From NCBI GenBank assembly GCA_964529325.1, contig CAZGWH010000003.1, positions 5,119-69,118 on the forward strand: a DNA stretch of 64,000 nt, read 5' to 3'. Origin of the DNA: an uncultured bacterium. Its GTDB lineage: Bacteria; Fidelibacterota; Marinisomatia; SCGC-AAA003-L08; GCA-2689995. The position numbers and the translations under genes were made by a program. Below, piece by piece: positions 38,231-47,907 of this stretch (within the stretch, counting starts at the first letter, position 1; each line of letters opens with the position of its first letter). The notes under the pieces were generated by a model. The model was not told the DNA's origin. It was given only the letters and a program-made list of their open reading frames with translations, and ran no database searches.

Positions 38231-39353
38231 TAATAGAATTTTTTTTAATAGTTCACCTAATCCGACAATTGGGGTTGAGCTTGAATTGCAAACATTAGAC
38301 AAAGATAGTTTTGAGCTAGTTTCTGGTGCTCCACAAATATTAAATACATTTATAGATGATCCTCGGATAAAGGAAGAATTATTAAATTCAATAATTGAAA
38401 TAAATACAAATATTTGTAATAATGCAAGTGAGGTTCGTAACGATTTAAGAGATACATTAATTAAAGTATTAAAGTGTTCAGAAGAAAATAATTTTTGTAT
38501 TTTATCAATGGGAACCCATCCTTTTTCTAGATGGAATCAACAAACAATTTCAAATAATCCAAGATATCATAATTTAATTGAGCGAATGCAATGGCCCTTA
38601 CGGCGTTTATTAATTACAGGTGTTCATGTACACATTGGAGTCGATTCTGGTGAAAAAGCGATTGCCGTAACAAATGGTCTTACTCGTTATATCCCCCACT
38701 TTATAGGTTTATCTGCAAATTCACCTATACATGATAGTGAAATCACAGGGCTTGCTTCTACTCGTACTAAAATTTTTGAATCAATGCCAACAGCTGGATT
38801 ACCCGCAATTCTTAGAAATTATAGTGAATTTCAAAAGTTCATGAGAACGTTACAAAAAGCACATACAATAGAATCTATTAGAGAAGTCTGGTGGGATATT
38901 CGCCCCCACCCAATGTTTGGAACGGTAGAAGTTAGATTATTTGATTCTGTTCCATCTCTAGAAGAAATTGTAAGATTATCAGCATTTACACAATGTTTAG
39001 TGGTTGCAATTTCAAATCACTATAATATGGGAACTCAACTTCCAATTTTAGACCATTGGCTTGTTCAAGAAAATAAATGGAGAGCTACCCGCTATGGTTT
39101 AGAAGCAGATATCATTATTGATGAAAACGGAACTCAGGTTTCATTAAAATCTTCTATTATTGAAACAATTGAAACAATTATGCCTATTGCATACGAATTA
39201 AATTGCCAAAACGAATTAAAAGGTATTTTAAATCAATTAGAAAATGAAGTTCCTGCATATCGAAAACAATTAGACATATATAATGAAAATCATGATTTAA
39301 AGCAAGTTCTGAATGAATTTGTTACTTCATTTAAAAAAAGTGTTTTAGATTAG
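38223..39353 (+). CDS. Carboxylate-amine ligase, YbdK / glutamate-cysteine ligase family 2
   Basis: TIGVELELQ, GTHPF and GVHVHIGV motifs. Confidence 0.85.
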   Translation: MSNNRIFFNSSPNPTIGVELELQTLDKDSFELVSGAPQILNTFIDDPRIKEELLNSIIEINTNICNNASEVRNDLRDTLIKVLKCSEENNFCILSMGTHPFSRWNQQTISNNPRYHNLIERMQWPLRRLLITGVHVHIGVDSGEKAIAVTNGLTRYIPHFIGLSANSPIHDSEITGLASTRTKIFESMPTAGLPAILRNYSEFQKFMRTLQKAHTIESIREVWWDIRPHPMFGTVEVRLFDSVPSLEEIVRLSAFTQCLVVAISNHYNMGTQLPILDHWLVQENKWRATRYGLEADIIIDENGTQVSLKSSIIETIETIMPIAYELNCQNELKGILNQLENEVPAYRKQLDIYNENHDLKQVLNEFVTSFKKSVLD

Positions 39354-39354
39354 T

Positions 39355-40518
39355 ATGATTGAAAATTGGCTGATAAAAAACCAAAATGAATTAATTCAAT
39401 TAAGAAGATATTTACACAAAAATCCTGAAATTGGATATGCTGAAAAGGAAACCTCTGCATATTTAAAAAATTATTTAAAATCAATAGATCTTCAAATTAT
39501 TGAAAATAAAGATATGAAGTTTGGTTTTTATACTGAATTAGGACCTCTAACTGATAATATCTTAGCTATACGATGCGATTTAGATGCATTGCCAATTCAG
39601 GATACAAAAAATTGTGAATATTCATCTAAAAAAACAAAAACGATGCATGCTTGTGGTCATGATGCTCATATGACTATATTGATTGGTTTAATAAAATTTT
39701 TAAAAGAACATGAATCACAATTAACAGGAAGATTAAGATTTATATTTCAACCTGCAGAAGAATGTTCACCTGGTGGTGCAATTTCAATGATAAAAGGTGG
39801 AGCAATTAATAATGTCACTCACATAATTGGTTACCATTTATACCCCATGTTAAATGCAAATCAAATTGCAATTAAAGAAGGATTTATTACCGCAACTGTC
39901 GAAGTAGTTGAAATTGAATTAAAATGTAAAGGTGGACATACATCGAGGCCTGAAGAAACGGTTGACTTAGTATTGGCATCATCTATGCTTGTAAGTGAAA
40001 TTAATAATAAGTTAGATCAAATTAAAACGAATGAATCTCCAATTGTATTCGTTTTCGGTAGTGTTCATGGAGGTGATACATTTAATGTAATTCCTTCAAA
40101 TATAAAACTTAAGGGAACTTTGAGATATGTAAATTCAGCACATAAGGAAACTATACATGGCTCAATAAAATATGCTATTTCAGAAATTAATAAAATTACA
40201 GGTGCTCAAATTGAATTTTCAATCCCCTATACATCGCCTGGAATTTATAATAATAAATTTCTAACACAATTAATAATTGATTCTGGAAATTCAATATTAG
40301 ACAAAAATAATACAATAATTTTAGAAAAAGGAAGCTTAGGTGGGGAAGATTTTGCATTTTATTTAGAAAAAATTCCAGGTGCATATTTTAGAATAGGATG
40401 CTATGATGGTAATGCTAGAGATCTCCATTGTAATTTTTTTGATATTAACGAGGATTGTATTTTTACAGGAATTAAAATACTTAAAAATATAATACTTAAC
40501 TATGGTCACTTCTCGTAA
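39355..40518 (+). CDS. M20D-family amidohydrolase (N-acyl-amino-acid amidohydrolase-like)
   Basis: LHKNPEIGYAEKETS, MHACGHDAHMT and FQPAEE motifs. Confidence 0.85.
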   Translation: MIENWLIKNQNELIQLRRYLHKNPEIGYAEKETSAYLKNYLKSIDLQIIENKDMKFGFYTELGPLTDNILAIRCDLDALPIQDTKNCEYSSKKTKTMHACGHDAHMTILIGLIKFLKEHESQLTGRLRFIFQPAEECSPGGAISMIKGGAINNVTHIIGYHLYPMLNANQIAIKEGFITATVEVVEIELKCKGGHTSRPEETVDLVLASSMLVSEINNKLDQIKTNESPIVFVFGSVHGGDTFNVIPSNIKLKGTLRYVNSAHKETIHGSIKYAISEINKITGAQIEFSIPYTSPGIYNNKFLTQLIIDSGNSILDKNNTIILEKGSLGGEDFAFYLEKIPGAYFRIGCYDGNARDLHCNFFDINEDCIFTGIKILKNIILNYGHFS

Positions 40519-40525
40519 TTATTGA

Positions 40526-41311
40526 ATGAAATATGTTGCAATAAAACCACTTTCATTACTACTTGCAATTGGATTCTGCTTACTATCTTTTTCTATTATT
40601 CTTCTCCCGATTTTTATTTTAAAATTTATTTTCAAAATTGATATCCCGATGGAATACTCAATTTGGTTCAATATTCCAGGCTTTCTAATTCCAGCATATT
40701 TAATATATAAAAATTCAAGTCGCCCTTTTTTAAATTTATTTAAAAATAAAAATATAACATCAATTAAATTTTGGTTAATATCATCAATTACATGTATTGG
40801 ATTATTAATTTTTTTAGGTGAAGTAGAAAATTACATTTTATATTTTTACCCAATTTCAAATGAGCTATATAATTTAATGGAAACTCTCCTTTCTTCATCA
40901 TCTGGAATATTGGCTGCAACAATAATGGCTCCTTTTACAGAAGAAGTTTTTTTTAGAGGTGCAATGCTTAATGGGTTTATACATAAATATTCAAAATATA
41001 AATCCATTTTACTTTCAGCATTTCTATTTGGGATTATACATTTAAATCCCTGGCAATTCATCCCTGCTTTTCTTGCAGGTATTTTCTTTGGTTGGATATT
41101 TATAAAAACTGGTAATATTTGGCTATGTATGTTTTTACATTTTCTTAATAATAGTATGGCTGTATTATTTGAATTTACAGAAATTAAGGTTGAAGGATTA
41201 ATTTATGATCCAAGATTAGGTGTAGAGTTTCAACCATATTGGTTAACTTTTATAGGATTATTAATTTTTATATTTGGAATAAAATTATTAAAAAATATTA
41301 AGGATATTTAA
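40526..41311 (+). CDS. CPBP-family intramembrane glutamic endopeptidase
   Basis: FTEEVFFRG, FGIIHL and HFLNN motifs. Confidence 0.8.
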   Translation: MKYVAIKPLSLLLAIGFCLLSFSIILLPIFILKFIFKIDIPMEYSIWFNIPGFLIPAYLIYKNSSRPFLNLFKNKNITSIKFWLISSITCIGLLIFLGEVENYILYFYPISNELYNLMETLLSSSSGILAATIMAPFTEEVFFRGAMLNGFIHKYSKYKSILLSAFLFGIIHLNPWQFIPAFLAGIFFGWIFIKTGNIWLCMFLHFLNNSMAVLFEFTEIKVEGLIYDPRLGVEFQPYWLTFIGLLIFIFGIKLLKNIKDI

Positions 41312-43687
41312 TTGAAAAATAATTTAGCAAAAATGATGAAATGGATGTTTATTCAAGCAAATTCGAGATGTACAAGTAAAAAACATTTTAATGGTGAGAA
41401 GAAAATAAATATTATTAAAGATGATATCTCTATTATTCGTGACAAATGGAATATTCCACATATTACTGCAAAATCTAAAACAGATTTATTTTTCGCCCAG
41501 GGTTTTGTTCATGCACAGGACAGATTATGGCAATTAGAAATGAGTAGAAGAATTGGAATGGGAAGATTAGCAGAAGCATTTGGAGAAGTCGCACTTGAAA
41601 CTGATAGATTGACGCGAACACTCGGATTTTATAAAACTGCGAAAAAAGATTTAAAACTAATTACAGATGAAAAACTTACATATTTAAATTCATTTGCCGA
41701 TGGCGTTAATTATTATATTGATAATTATCCGAAACCAATTGAGTTTTCACTCACGCGGATTAAACCAGAACCTTGGGAACCAATCCATACAATAGTTTGG
41801 GGAAGAATTATGAGTTGGACATTGTCACATGGATGGTCTGGTTCACTAACAAGGCAAGAAATAATTGATAAAGTAGGCATAGAAAAAGCAGAAGAATTAA
41901 ATATAATTTATCCAGAAGACAATCCTGTAGAATTACCCGATGGATTGGAATTTAATAAACTTGGCTTGGATAATATGTATGAATCTGTTGTTGGACCCTA
42001 TCTTATGAAAGATATGGAAGGTGGCGGTAGAGGTTCTAATGCGTGGGCTATTTCAGCAAATAAATCAGAGACGGGTGGTGCAATACTTTGCAATGATACC
42101 CATTTAGCAATTCAAATCCCAAGTGTATGGTATTTAAATCACTTAAAAGCTGATGGTTATCATGTTACTGGCGCAACATTGCCGGGTTTTCCAGGTATGA
42201 TTTTAGGTCATAATGAAAATATTTCTATTGGAATAACCCTCTCTTTTTCTGATAATGAAGATATATTTATTGAAAAAATTTCAGATGCAGATGAAAATAA
42301 ATACCATCATGAAAACGATTTACTCTCTATAGAAGTAAGAGATGAAATAATAAAAGTTAAAAATAAACCAGATTTTATAGAAAAAGTCAAATCTACAATT
42401 CATGGACCTCTTATTGGAAATGTTACAAATAGACAGAATTTTAATATTTCCTTATCTTCAAAAGCATTAAAACAAAATACAATGTTTAATGGTTTAATGG
42501 ATTTAAATACAGCAAAAAATTGGGATGATTTTGTAGATGCTTGTCAAAAACTAGATGCCCCACCTTTAAATTTTGTATATGCGGATACAGAAAATAATAT
42601 TGGTTTATGGGTTACAGGCGAAGTTCCAATTCGAAATTCAGGTGAAGGTCAACTTCCAGTACCGGGCTGGAATAAAAAAGGTGATTGGATTGATTCAATC
42701 CCGTCTCATCAAATGCCTCATATATTAAACCCAAAATCAGGTTATGTAATTTCGTGTAATAATAAAATTATTGATGATAATTATCCTTATTTTTTAAGTA
42801 ATTCCTATATGAATGGCTATAGAGCAAAAAGAATTAAGGAGGTCTTTGATTCAAAAGAAAAAATATCAATTTTGGATTGTAAAAAACTACATACTGATTT
42901 TAAATCAATCCCTGGAATTCTAATTTTAGAAGGTTTATTAAAGAATTTTCAAACAGCAAAACCAAAAGCAAGTAAAGCTCTTTCAGAAATCATTAAATGG
43001 GATGGCTATTTAAATAAAGAATCAACTGGTGGGACTGTTTATCAAGTATTTATTTATAAATTATTAAGAAATATTGTTGAGCCACAATTAGGAGTAGAGT
43101 TAACCGATAAATATCTAGGTGCTGGTGAACATCCATTATTGCTACCAACAAGCGAATTACTTGGACATTCTGTACCTGCATTAATTAGAATTATACAAGA
43201 TGGAGGTTCTAAATGGTTAAAAGATTCAAATGAATTAATAAGCATAATTGAAAAAACTCTCATATCCACTTGTATCTGGTTAGAATCTAATTTAGGATAT
43301 AATCCAGAAGAATGGATTTGGGGTAAAATTCATACTGCAACATTTCAACATGGATTGACAATAGGTCAAGAATTTTTATCATTAATTTTTAACTTAGGTC
43401 CATTTCCTATTGGCGGTGATACAGATACGGTCTGTCAAACCGCTTTTAACCCAAATACTCCATATGAAAATACGGCATGGAGTCCAGCAATTAGATTAAT
43501 AATTGATTTAAAAAACTTTGACGAGTCAAATGTGATTTTGCCTCCAGGACAAAGTGGTGTTTTAGGAAGTACACATTATCAAGATATGGTTGAACCTTGG
43601 TTAAAAGGCGAATATATACCCTTAGCTTGGTCTGATAAGAAAGTACAAAAATTAAAAAAATATGAATTAATATTTCAACCAAGCTAA
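41312..43687 (+). CDS. Penicillin-acylase family Ntn hydrolase (possible acyl-homoserine-lactone / amide acylase)
   Basis: FAQGFVHAQDRLWQLE and a GSNAWAIS processing/nucleophile site. TTG start. Confidence 0.85.
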   Translation: MKNNLAKMMKWMFIQANSRCTSKKHFNGEKKINIIKDDISIIRDKWNIPHITAKSKTDLFFAQGFVHAQDRLWQLEMSRRIGMGRLAEAFGEVALETDRLTRTLGFYKTAKKDLKLITDEKLTYLNSFADGVNYYIDNYPKPIEFSLTRIKPEPWEPIHTIVWGRIMSWTLSHGWSGSLTRQEIIDKVGIEKAEELNIIYPEDNPVELPDGLEFNKLGLDNMYESVVGPYLMKDMEGGGRGSNAWAISANKSETGGAILCNDTHLAIQIPSVWYLNHLKADGYHVTGATLPGFPGMILGHNENISIGITLSFSDNEDIFIEKISDADENKYHHENDLLSIEVRDEIIKVKNKPDFIEKVKSTIHGPLIGNVTNRQNFNISLSSKALKQNTMFNGLMDLNTAKNWDDFVDACQKLDAPPLNFVYADTENNIGLWVTGEVPIRNSGEGQLPVPGWNKKGDWIDSIPSHQMPHILNPKSGYVISCNNKIIDDNYPYFLSNSYMNGYRAKRIKEVFDSKEKISILDCKKLHTDFKSIPGILILEGLLKNFQTAKPKASKALSEIIKWDGYLNKESTGGTVYQVFIYKLLRNIVEPQLGVELTDKYLGAGEHPLLLPTSELLGHSVPALIRIIQDGGSKWLKDSNELISIIEKTLISTCIWLESNLGYNPEEWIWGKIHTATFQHGLTIGQEFLSLIFNLGPFPIGGDTDTVCQTAFNPNTPYENTAWSPAIRLIIDLKNFDESNVILPPGQSGVLGSTHYQDMVEPWLKGEYIPLAWSDKKVQKLKKYELIFQPS

Positions 43688-43694
43688 AAATAAT

Positions 43695-44297
43695 TTGTAT
43701 AATAAACCGAAAATAAAAATAAATAAAGTATATACCAAATCGGGAGATTCTGGTAAGACAAAACTTACTGGCGGACAAACTCGATTAAAAAGCGATTTAA
43801 GAATTGATTGTTATGGTGAAATAGATGAATTAAATTCTAATATTGGTGCATGCATAGTAAATATAAAAAACATAGAAATTAATTCTGAAATGAAATTAAA
43901 GTTAATATCTATATTAATAAAAATTCAAAATCAGTTATTTAATTTAGGAGCAATGGTAGCTACTATGCCTGAAAATATTCATTCTAAAATGCCAAAAATT
44001 GAAGATGTTCATATTAAGTATCTAGAAGATGAAATGGATAAATTTAATAATGAACTAAAACCTTTAACCTCATTTGTTTTACCAGGTGGATCCAAAAGCA
44101 ATGCTTTTCTCCATATTGCAAGAACAATATGCCGAAGGGTTGAAAGAAAAGCAGTAAAATTAATGATGAAGGAAGAAATTAATCCAATAATAATTATTTA
44201 TTTAAATAGATTATCAGATGCCTTATTTGTATGGAGTCGATGGGTTATATGTTTAGAAAACAAAAATGAAAATTATTGGAACCCAAATCAAATATAA
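43695..44297 (+). CDS. PduO-type ATP:cob(I)alamin adenosyltransferase
   Basis: YTKSGDSGKTKL, YGEIDELNS and FVLPGG motifs. Confidence 0.85.
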   Translation: MYNKPKIKINKVYTKSGDSGKTKLTGGQTRLKSDLRIDCYGEIDELNSNIGACIVNIKNIEINSEMKLKLISILIKIQNQLFNLGAMVATMPENIHSKMPKIEDVHIKYLEDEMDKFNNELKPLTSFVLPGGSKSNAFLHIARTICRRVERKAVKLMMKEEINPIIIIYLNRLSDALFVWSRWVICLENKNENYWNPNQI

Positions 44298-44299
44298 AT

Positions 44300-45166
44300 T
44301 TATCTAAAATTTCCAGACCATCCCATTTTAGATCTTAATGTAGAGTAATAATCATTATAAGGCAATCTAATTAATAATGCATCAAATTTAGAACGAGTTA
44401 TATGTACTTCTTGTGTATAATCAATAGGAATATGAATCTGTCCATCAACACTTACTGCCATTCCAACATTTTCCTCCGAAAACTGAATTCTAATGTTTTC
44501 ATTATCAGATAAAATAATTGGTCTAGCCGACAAACTATGTGGACATATTGGTGTTACTCCAATAACATTTAAATTAGGTGTAATAATTGGGCCTCCTGCA
44601 GATAAAGAATAAGCCGTAGAACCTGTTGGTGTGCTAAAAATTACTCCATCACTAATATATGTATTTAAAAAGTGGTTTGAAATAAAAACATGAAGTTGGA
44701 GAGTTCTTGGTGAATTCCCATTATCAATTACTATGTCATTTAATGAATAATGAGTTATTTTAGGATTATTATTAATATTTAACTTTAATGCCATTCTTTT
44801 TTCTGTAAAATAATTTCCAGACAAAATTGAATTTAATGCAATTATAAAAGTATCTTGATTAGACTCACCAAGAAACCCAAGCCCGCCTATATGAATACCA
44901 AAAATTGGGATTTCATATTGTGCAACTTGCCGAAAGGTAGATAATATTGTACCATCACCTCCAATAGAAAGAATAATATCACAATCTTTACCAATTTCAT
45001 CTATTGATTTTTGTGGAACAGTTTTATATATTTGAGAAGAACGATCAATAAAAACATTATTAGAAAGCCAAACTTCGTGATTATTTTTTGTTAAAAAAGT
45101 ATATACTTGCTTAAAAATTGTCTCAAATTCGGGTTTTAATACATTACCTGTACATCCGAATTTCAT
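44300..45166 (-). CDS. nadK: NAD kinase
   Basis: GGDGT and STPTGSTAYSLSAGGPI motifs. Confidence 0.9.
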   Translation of the reverse strand: MKFGCTGNVLKPEFETIFKQVYTFLTKNNHEVWLSNNVFIDRSSQIYKTVPQKSIDEIGKDCDIILSIGGDGTILSTFRQVAQYEIPIFGIHIGGLGFLGESNQDTFIIALNSILSGNYFTEKRMALKLNINNNPKITHYSLNDIVIDNGNSPRTLQLHVFISNHFLNTYISDGVIFSTPTGSTAYSLSAGGPIITPNLNVIGVTPICPHSLSARPIILSDNENIRIQFSEENVGMAVSVDGQIHIPIDYTQEVHITRSKFDALLIRLPYNDYYSTLRSKMGWSGNFR

Positions 45167-45393
45167 TATTTTTGATCCATATTAAATTTTTCTAATATAA
45201 TTTCATCATTTTCAAGTATTATTTTTTCAATTTTCAACTCGGCTTTATTTAAAAAAGTTCTACATTTTTTAGTAAGTAACATCCCCTCTTCAAATAAATC
45301 AATAGAATTAGTAAAATCAAAATCATCACTGTCAATTTTTATAGAAATCTCTTTTAATCTTTTTAAATTATTTTCAAATTTTTCATTTTTCAT
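45166..45393 (-). CDS. xseB: Exodeoxyribonuclease VII small subunit
   Basis: The size fits, as does the FEEGMLLTKKC region, and the gene is coupled to xseA. Confidence 0.85.
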   Translation of the reverse strand: MKNEKFENNLKRLKEISIKIDSDDFDFTNSIDLFEEGMLLTKKCRTFLNKAELKIEKIILENDEIILEKFNMDQK

Positions 45394-46580
45394 TTTTCAT
45401 TTTCTTCTATTTTTATAATTTTCGATTCAGCAATTCCATCTTGAAATTGTAATTTTATAATTTCATTGATTTTAATTGATTTTATACTTTGAATTATTTT
45501 ACCAAAATTATTATTTGCAATTAAATAACCTTTTGATAAAATATTATTGGGGTGATTAACTTTAAATAGATTTCCATAATAATCTAATTTGTTTATAATT
45601 GTTTTTAACCTATATGAAAATTTAGTTATTATTTTATTATGAATAAAATCAATCTGCTGATGAAAGGATTCTAAGTTGCTACTTAATAATTTAATTTTAT
45701 ATTTAAAATTAATTGAATCTAATATTGTATTATAATTAGTTAATTTATCATTAATTATATTGACAAGTTCGGAATAATAACCATCAATATCTAAATTAGT
45801 TTGATGATAATTTCGTGTAATTAACTCAGATGCAAATGAAGGCGTAGGTGCTCGGTAATCTGCAACAAAATCCGATAATGTAAAATCTGTTTCATGGCCA
45901 ATGGCTGAAATTAAAGGGATTTTATTAGAATATATTTTTCTAATTAATTTTTCATTATTAAAACACCATAAATCTTCTATAGAGCCACCACCTCTTGCTA
46001 AAATAATTATATCTACATTTAATTTATCCAGTGTTTCAATACCCTTAATTATACTATTTACCGCACTCTCACCTTGCACAGTTGAATGAAATAATTTGAT
46101 ATTTAAATTTACACCTTGAACTTTGAAATATGCTATCATATCCCATAAAACTGCTCCCTTTTCTGATGTAATTATTCCTACTGATTTTGCAGATAGTGGA
46201 ATTCTTTTTTTATTTTCAGAATTAAACAAACCTTCTAATTCTAAAGATTTTTTTAATTTTTCAAATTTAATCCATAACTCTCCATCTCCTTCAGGGTAAA
46301 TGTTTTGGGCAATAAATTGATATCTTCCTTTTGGTTGATATAAACTAAGTTTACCAGAAAGAATTATTTTTTTACCGACTTGAATTACATGTTGATTATT
46401 TTGAGAATTAAAATTAACAATAGAAAGTTCACTATTTTCATCAATAATTGTGAAATAGGTGTGACCTGATGGATAGAAATTTTTAGATGTAATTTCACCC
46501 TTTACCCATATATTACTAAATTTTTTTTCAATTGCTAACTTAGCTTGATTATTTATTTGGGTAACAGTGTAAATCACCAT
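45390..46580 (-). CDS. xseA: Exodeoxyribonuclease VII large subunit
   Basis: N-terminal OB fold (WVKGEIT), ARGGGSIEDLW and SAIGHETD motifs. Confidence 0.9.
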   Translation of the reverse strand: MVIYTVTQINNQAKLAIEKKFSNIWVKGEITSKNFYPSGHTYFTIIDENSELSIVNFNSQNNQHVIQVGKKIILSGKLSLYQPKGRYQFIAQNIYPEGDGELWIKFEKLKKSLELEGLFNSENKKRIPLSAKSVGIITSEKGAVLWDMIAYFKVQGVNLNIKLFHSTVQGESAVNSIIKGIETLDKLNVDIIILARGGGSIEDLWCFNNEKLIRKIYSNKIPLISAIGHETDFTLSDFVADYRAPTPSFASELITRNYHQTNLDIDGYYSELVNIINDKLTNYNTILDSINFKYKIKLLSSNLESFHQQIDFIHNKIITKFSYRLKTIINKLDYYGNLFKVNHPNNILSKGYLIANNNFGKIIQSIKSIKINEIIKLQFQDGIAESKIIKIEENEK

Positions 46581-46596
46581 AATTTAATATATAAAT

Positions 46597-46637
46597 AAAC
46601 TATCTATCGCTATATAAATTATAGCGATAGATAGTTT
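46597..46637 (-). terminator. Intrinsic terminator-like hairpin downstream of the hup / bS22-like genes
   Basis: A perfect 18-bp inverted repeat, AAACTATCTATCGCTATA (46597-46614) and TATAGCGATAGATAGTTT (46620-46637), with a 5-nt loop and an A/T-rich tail. Confidence 0.5.
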
Positions 46638-46664
46638 TAACAAATAATTATTTGTTAATTAAAA

Positions 46665-46760
46665 TTATTTATTTTTTTTCTTGTGTCTATTTGCTCGTAA
46701 TCGCTTTTTACGCTTATGCGTATTTATTTTCCGTCTTTTACGCTTTTTACCACAGGGCAT
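46665..46760 (-). CDS. 31-aa highly basic mini-protein, bS22-like (AURKAIP1/COX24-type ribosomal protein); absent from the ORF track
   Basis: The reverse strand reads GGAGGcaaaATG, then MPCGKKRKRRKINTHKRKKRLRANRHKKKNK and a stop. This is the only strong SD-like site I noticed in the window. Confidence 0.6.
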   Translation of the reverse strand: MPCGKKRKRRKINTHKRKKRLRANRHKKKNK

Positions 46761-46769
46761 TTTGCCTCC

Positions 46770-47063
46770 TTAAAATCCTCTTAATTGAGATTTGTTTACT
46801 GAATTAATTAACAATTTAGAAACCTTAAATTTAGGTACAAATCGCTCCTTCACCCATATTTTTTCATTTGTTTTTGGGTTTCGAGCTTCTTTTCCAGCTA
46901 AATGCTTAACTGTAAAATTACCAAAACCCCTTATTTCGATTCTATCACCTTTTTCAAGTGACTTTTTTATTGTATCCAAAATAGTGTTAAAAATAAAATC
47001 TGTTTCTACTTTTGTAAATCCAGTTTGCTTTGATACTTGCTCTACTATATCAGATTTTGTCAT
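46770..47063 (-). CDS. HU/IHF-family DNA-binding protein
   Basis: RIEIRGFGNF...ARNPKT and FKVSK motifs. Confidence 0.9.
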   Translation of the reverse strand: MTKSDIVEQVSKQTGFTKVETDFIFNTILDTIKKSLEKGDRIEIRGFGNFTVKHLAGKEARNPKTNEKIWVKERFVPKFKVSKLLINSVNKSQLRGF

Positions 47064-47072
47064 ATTTACTTT

Positions 47073-47903
47073 CTATTTAAAACTATATTCAGGAATTGTA
47101 TGTAAAAAATTTAGACCTAAATTTACTTTAATTTCACCCATAATTGCATTGATTAAACTAGGTTGTTTCTCTGGAATTCGAATTAAAGTAGGGCGTGATT
47201 CATATCCTGTCATTTTACCAATTAGCCAAATTGCATCCTCAAAGGTGCCTATTTTATCGACTAATCCATTATTATATGCCTGTCGGCCTGAAAATATTTG
47301 TCCTTGGGCTAATTCTTTTATTTTATCTTTTGAGAAATTTCGTTCTAATGCAACATCTGATTTAAATTGATCAAATAATTCAATTACAACTTCATTGAAA
47401 TAATCTTTATCACTTTTTGATGTATTTCTAAAAGGGGAACCTGAATCTTTAAAATCACCACTTTTTATTGTGGTATAATCAATACCAATTATCTCCATTA
47501 ATTTAGCTACTGTTGGGTAACCCATAATTACACCGATAGAACCTGTAATAGAACCAGCGTTAGCGACAATAGAGTCAGCTCCAATTGAAACATAATACCC
47601 GCCTGAAGTCGCCATACTACTCATGGAAATAATAATTGGTTTATTTGAACGGTCTCTAATGTTTTTAATTTTTTGATATATTTCCTGACTTGCAGCTACT
47701 CCACCACCAGGTGAATTTACTCTAACTAATATCCCATTGATATCATCTCTTAAATAAAAATGATTTAAGTTTTTTATAATTTCTTCTGATTCTAATATGG
47801 TACCATTGATTTCAACTAAACCAATACGAGGAAAATCTTTTGTAATATCACACCCTAAAAATATAAAAATAATTAATATCAATAGGGAAAATTTAAAGTT
47901 CAT
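47073..47903 (-). CDS. sppA: Signal peptide peptidase SppA (36K type)
   Basis: SPGGGV and SGGYY motifs. I prefer ATG 47903 (MNFKFSLLILII...GC), which lies just downstream of the upstream stop, over the overlapping 47966. Confidence 0.85.
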   Translation of the reverse strand: MNFKFSLLILIIFIFLGCDITKDFPRIGLVEINGTILESEEIIKNLNHFYLRDDINGILVRVNSPGGGVAASQEIYQKIKNIRDRSNKPIIISMSSMATSGGYYVSIGADSIVANAGSITGSIGVIMGYPTVAKLMEIIGIDYTTIKSGDFKDSGSPFRNTSKSDKDYFNEVVIELFDQFKSDVALERNFSKDKIKELAQGQIFSGRQAYNNGLVDKIGTFEDAIWLIGKMTGYESRPTLIRIPEKQPSLINAIMGEIKVNLGLNFLHTIPEYSFK

Positions 47904-47907
47904 ACTA

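Noticed and set aside
46792-47370. A 192-aa plus-strand ORF.
   Set aside because: It lies entirely antisense to the well-supported HU/IHF and sppA genes. Its low-complexity F/S/I-rich translation is typical of a shadow ORF.
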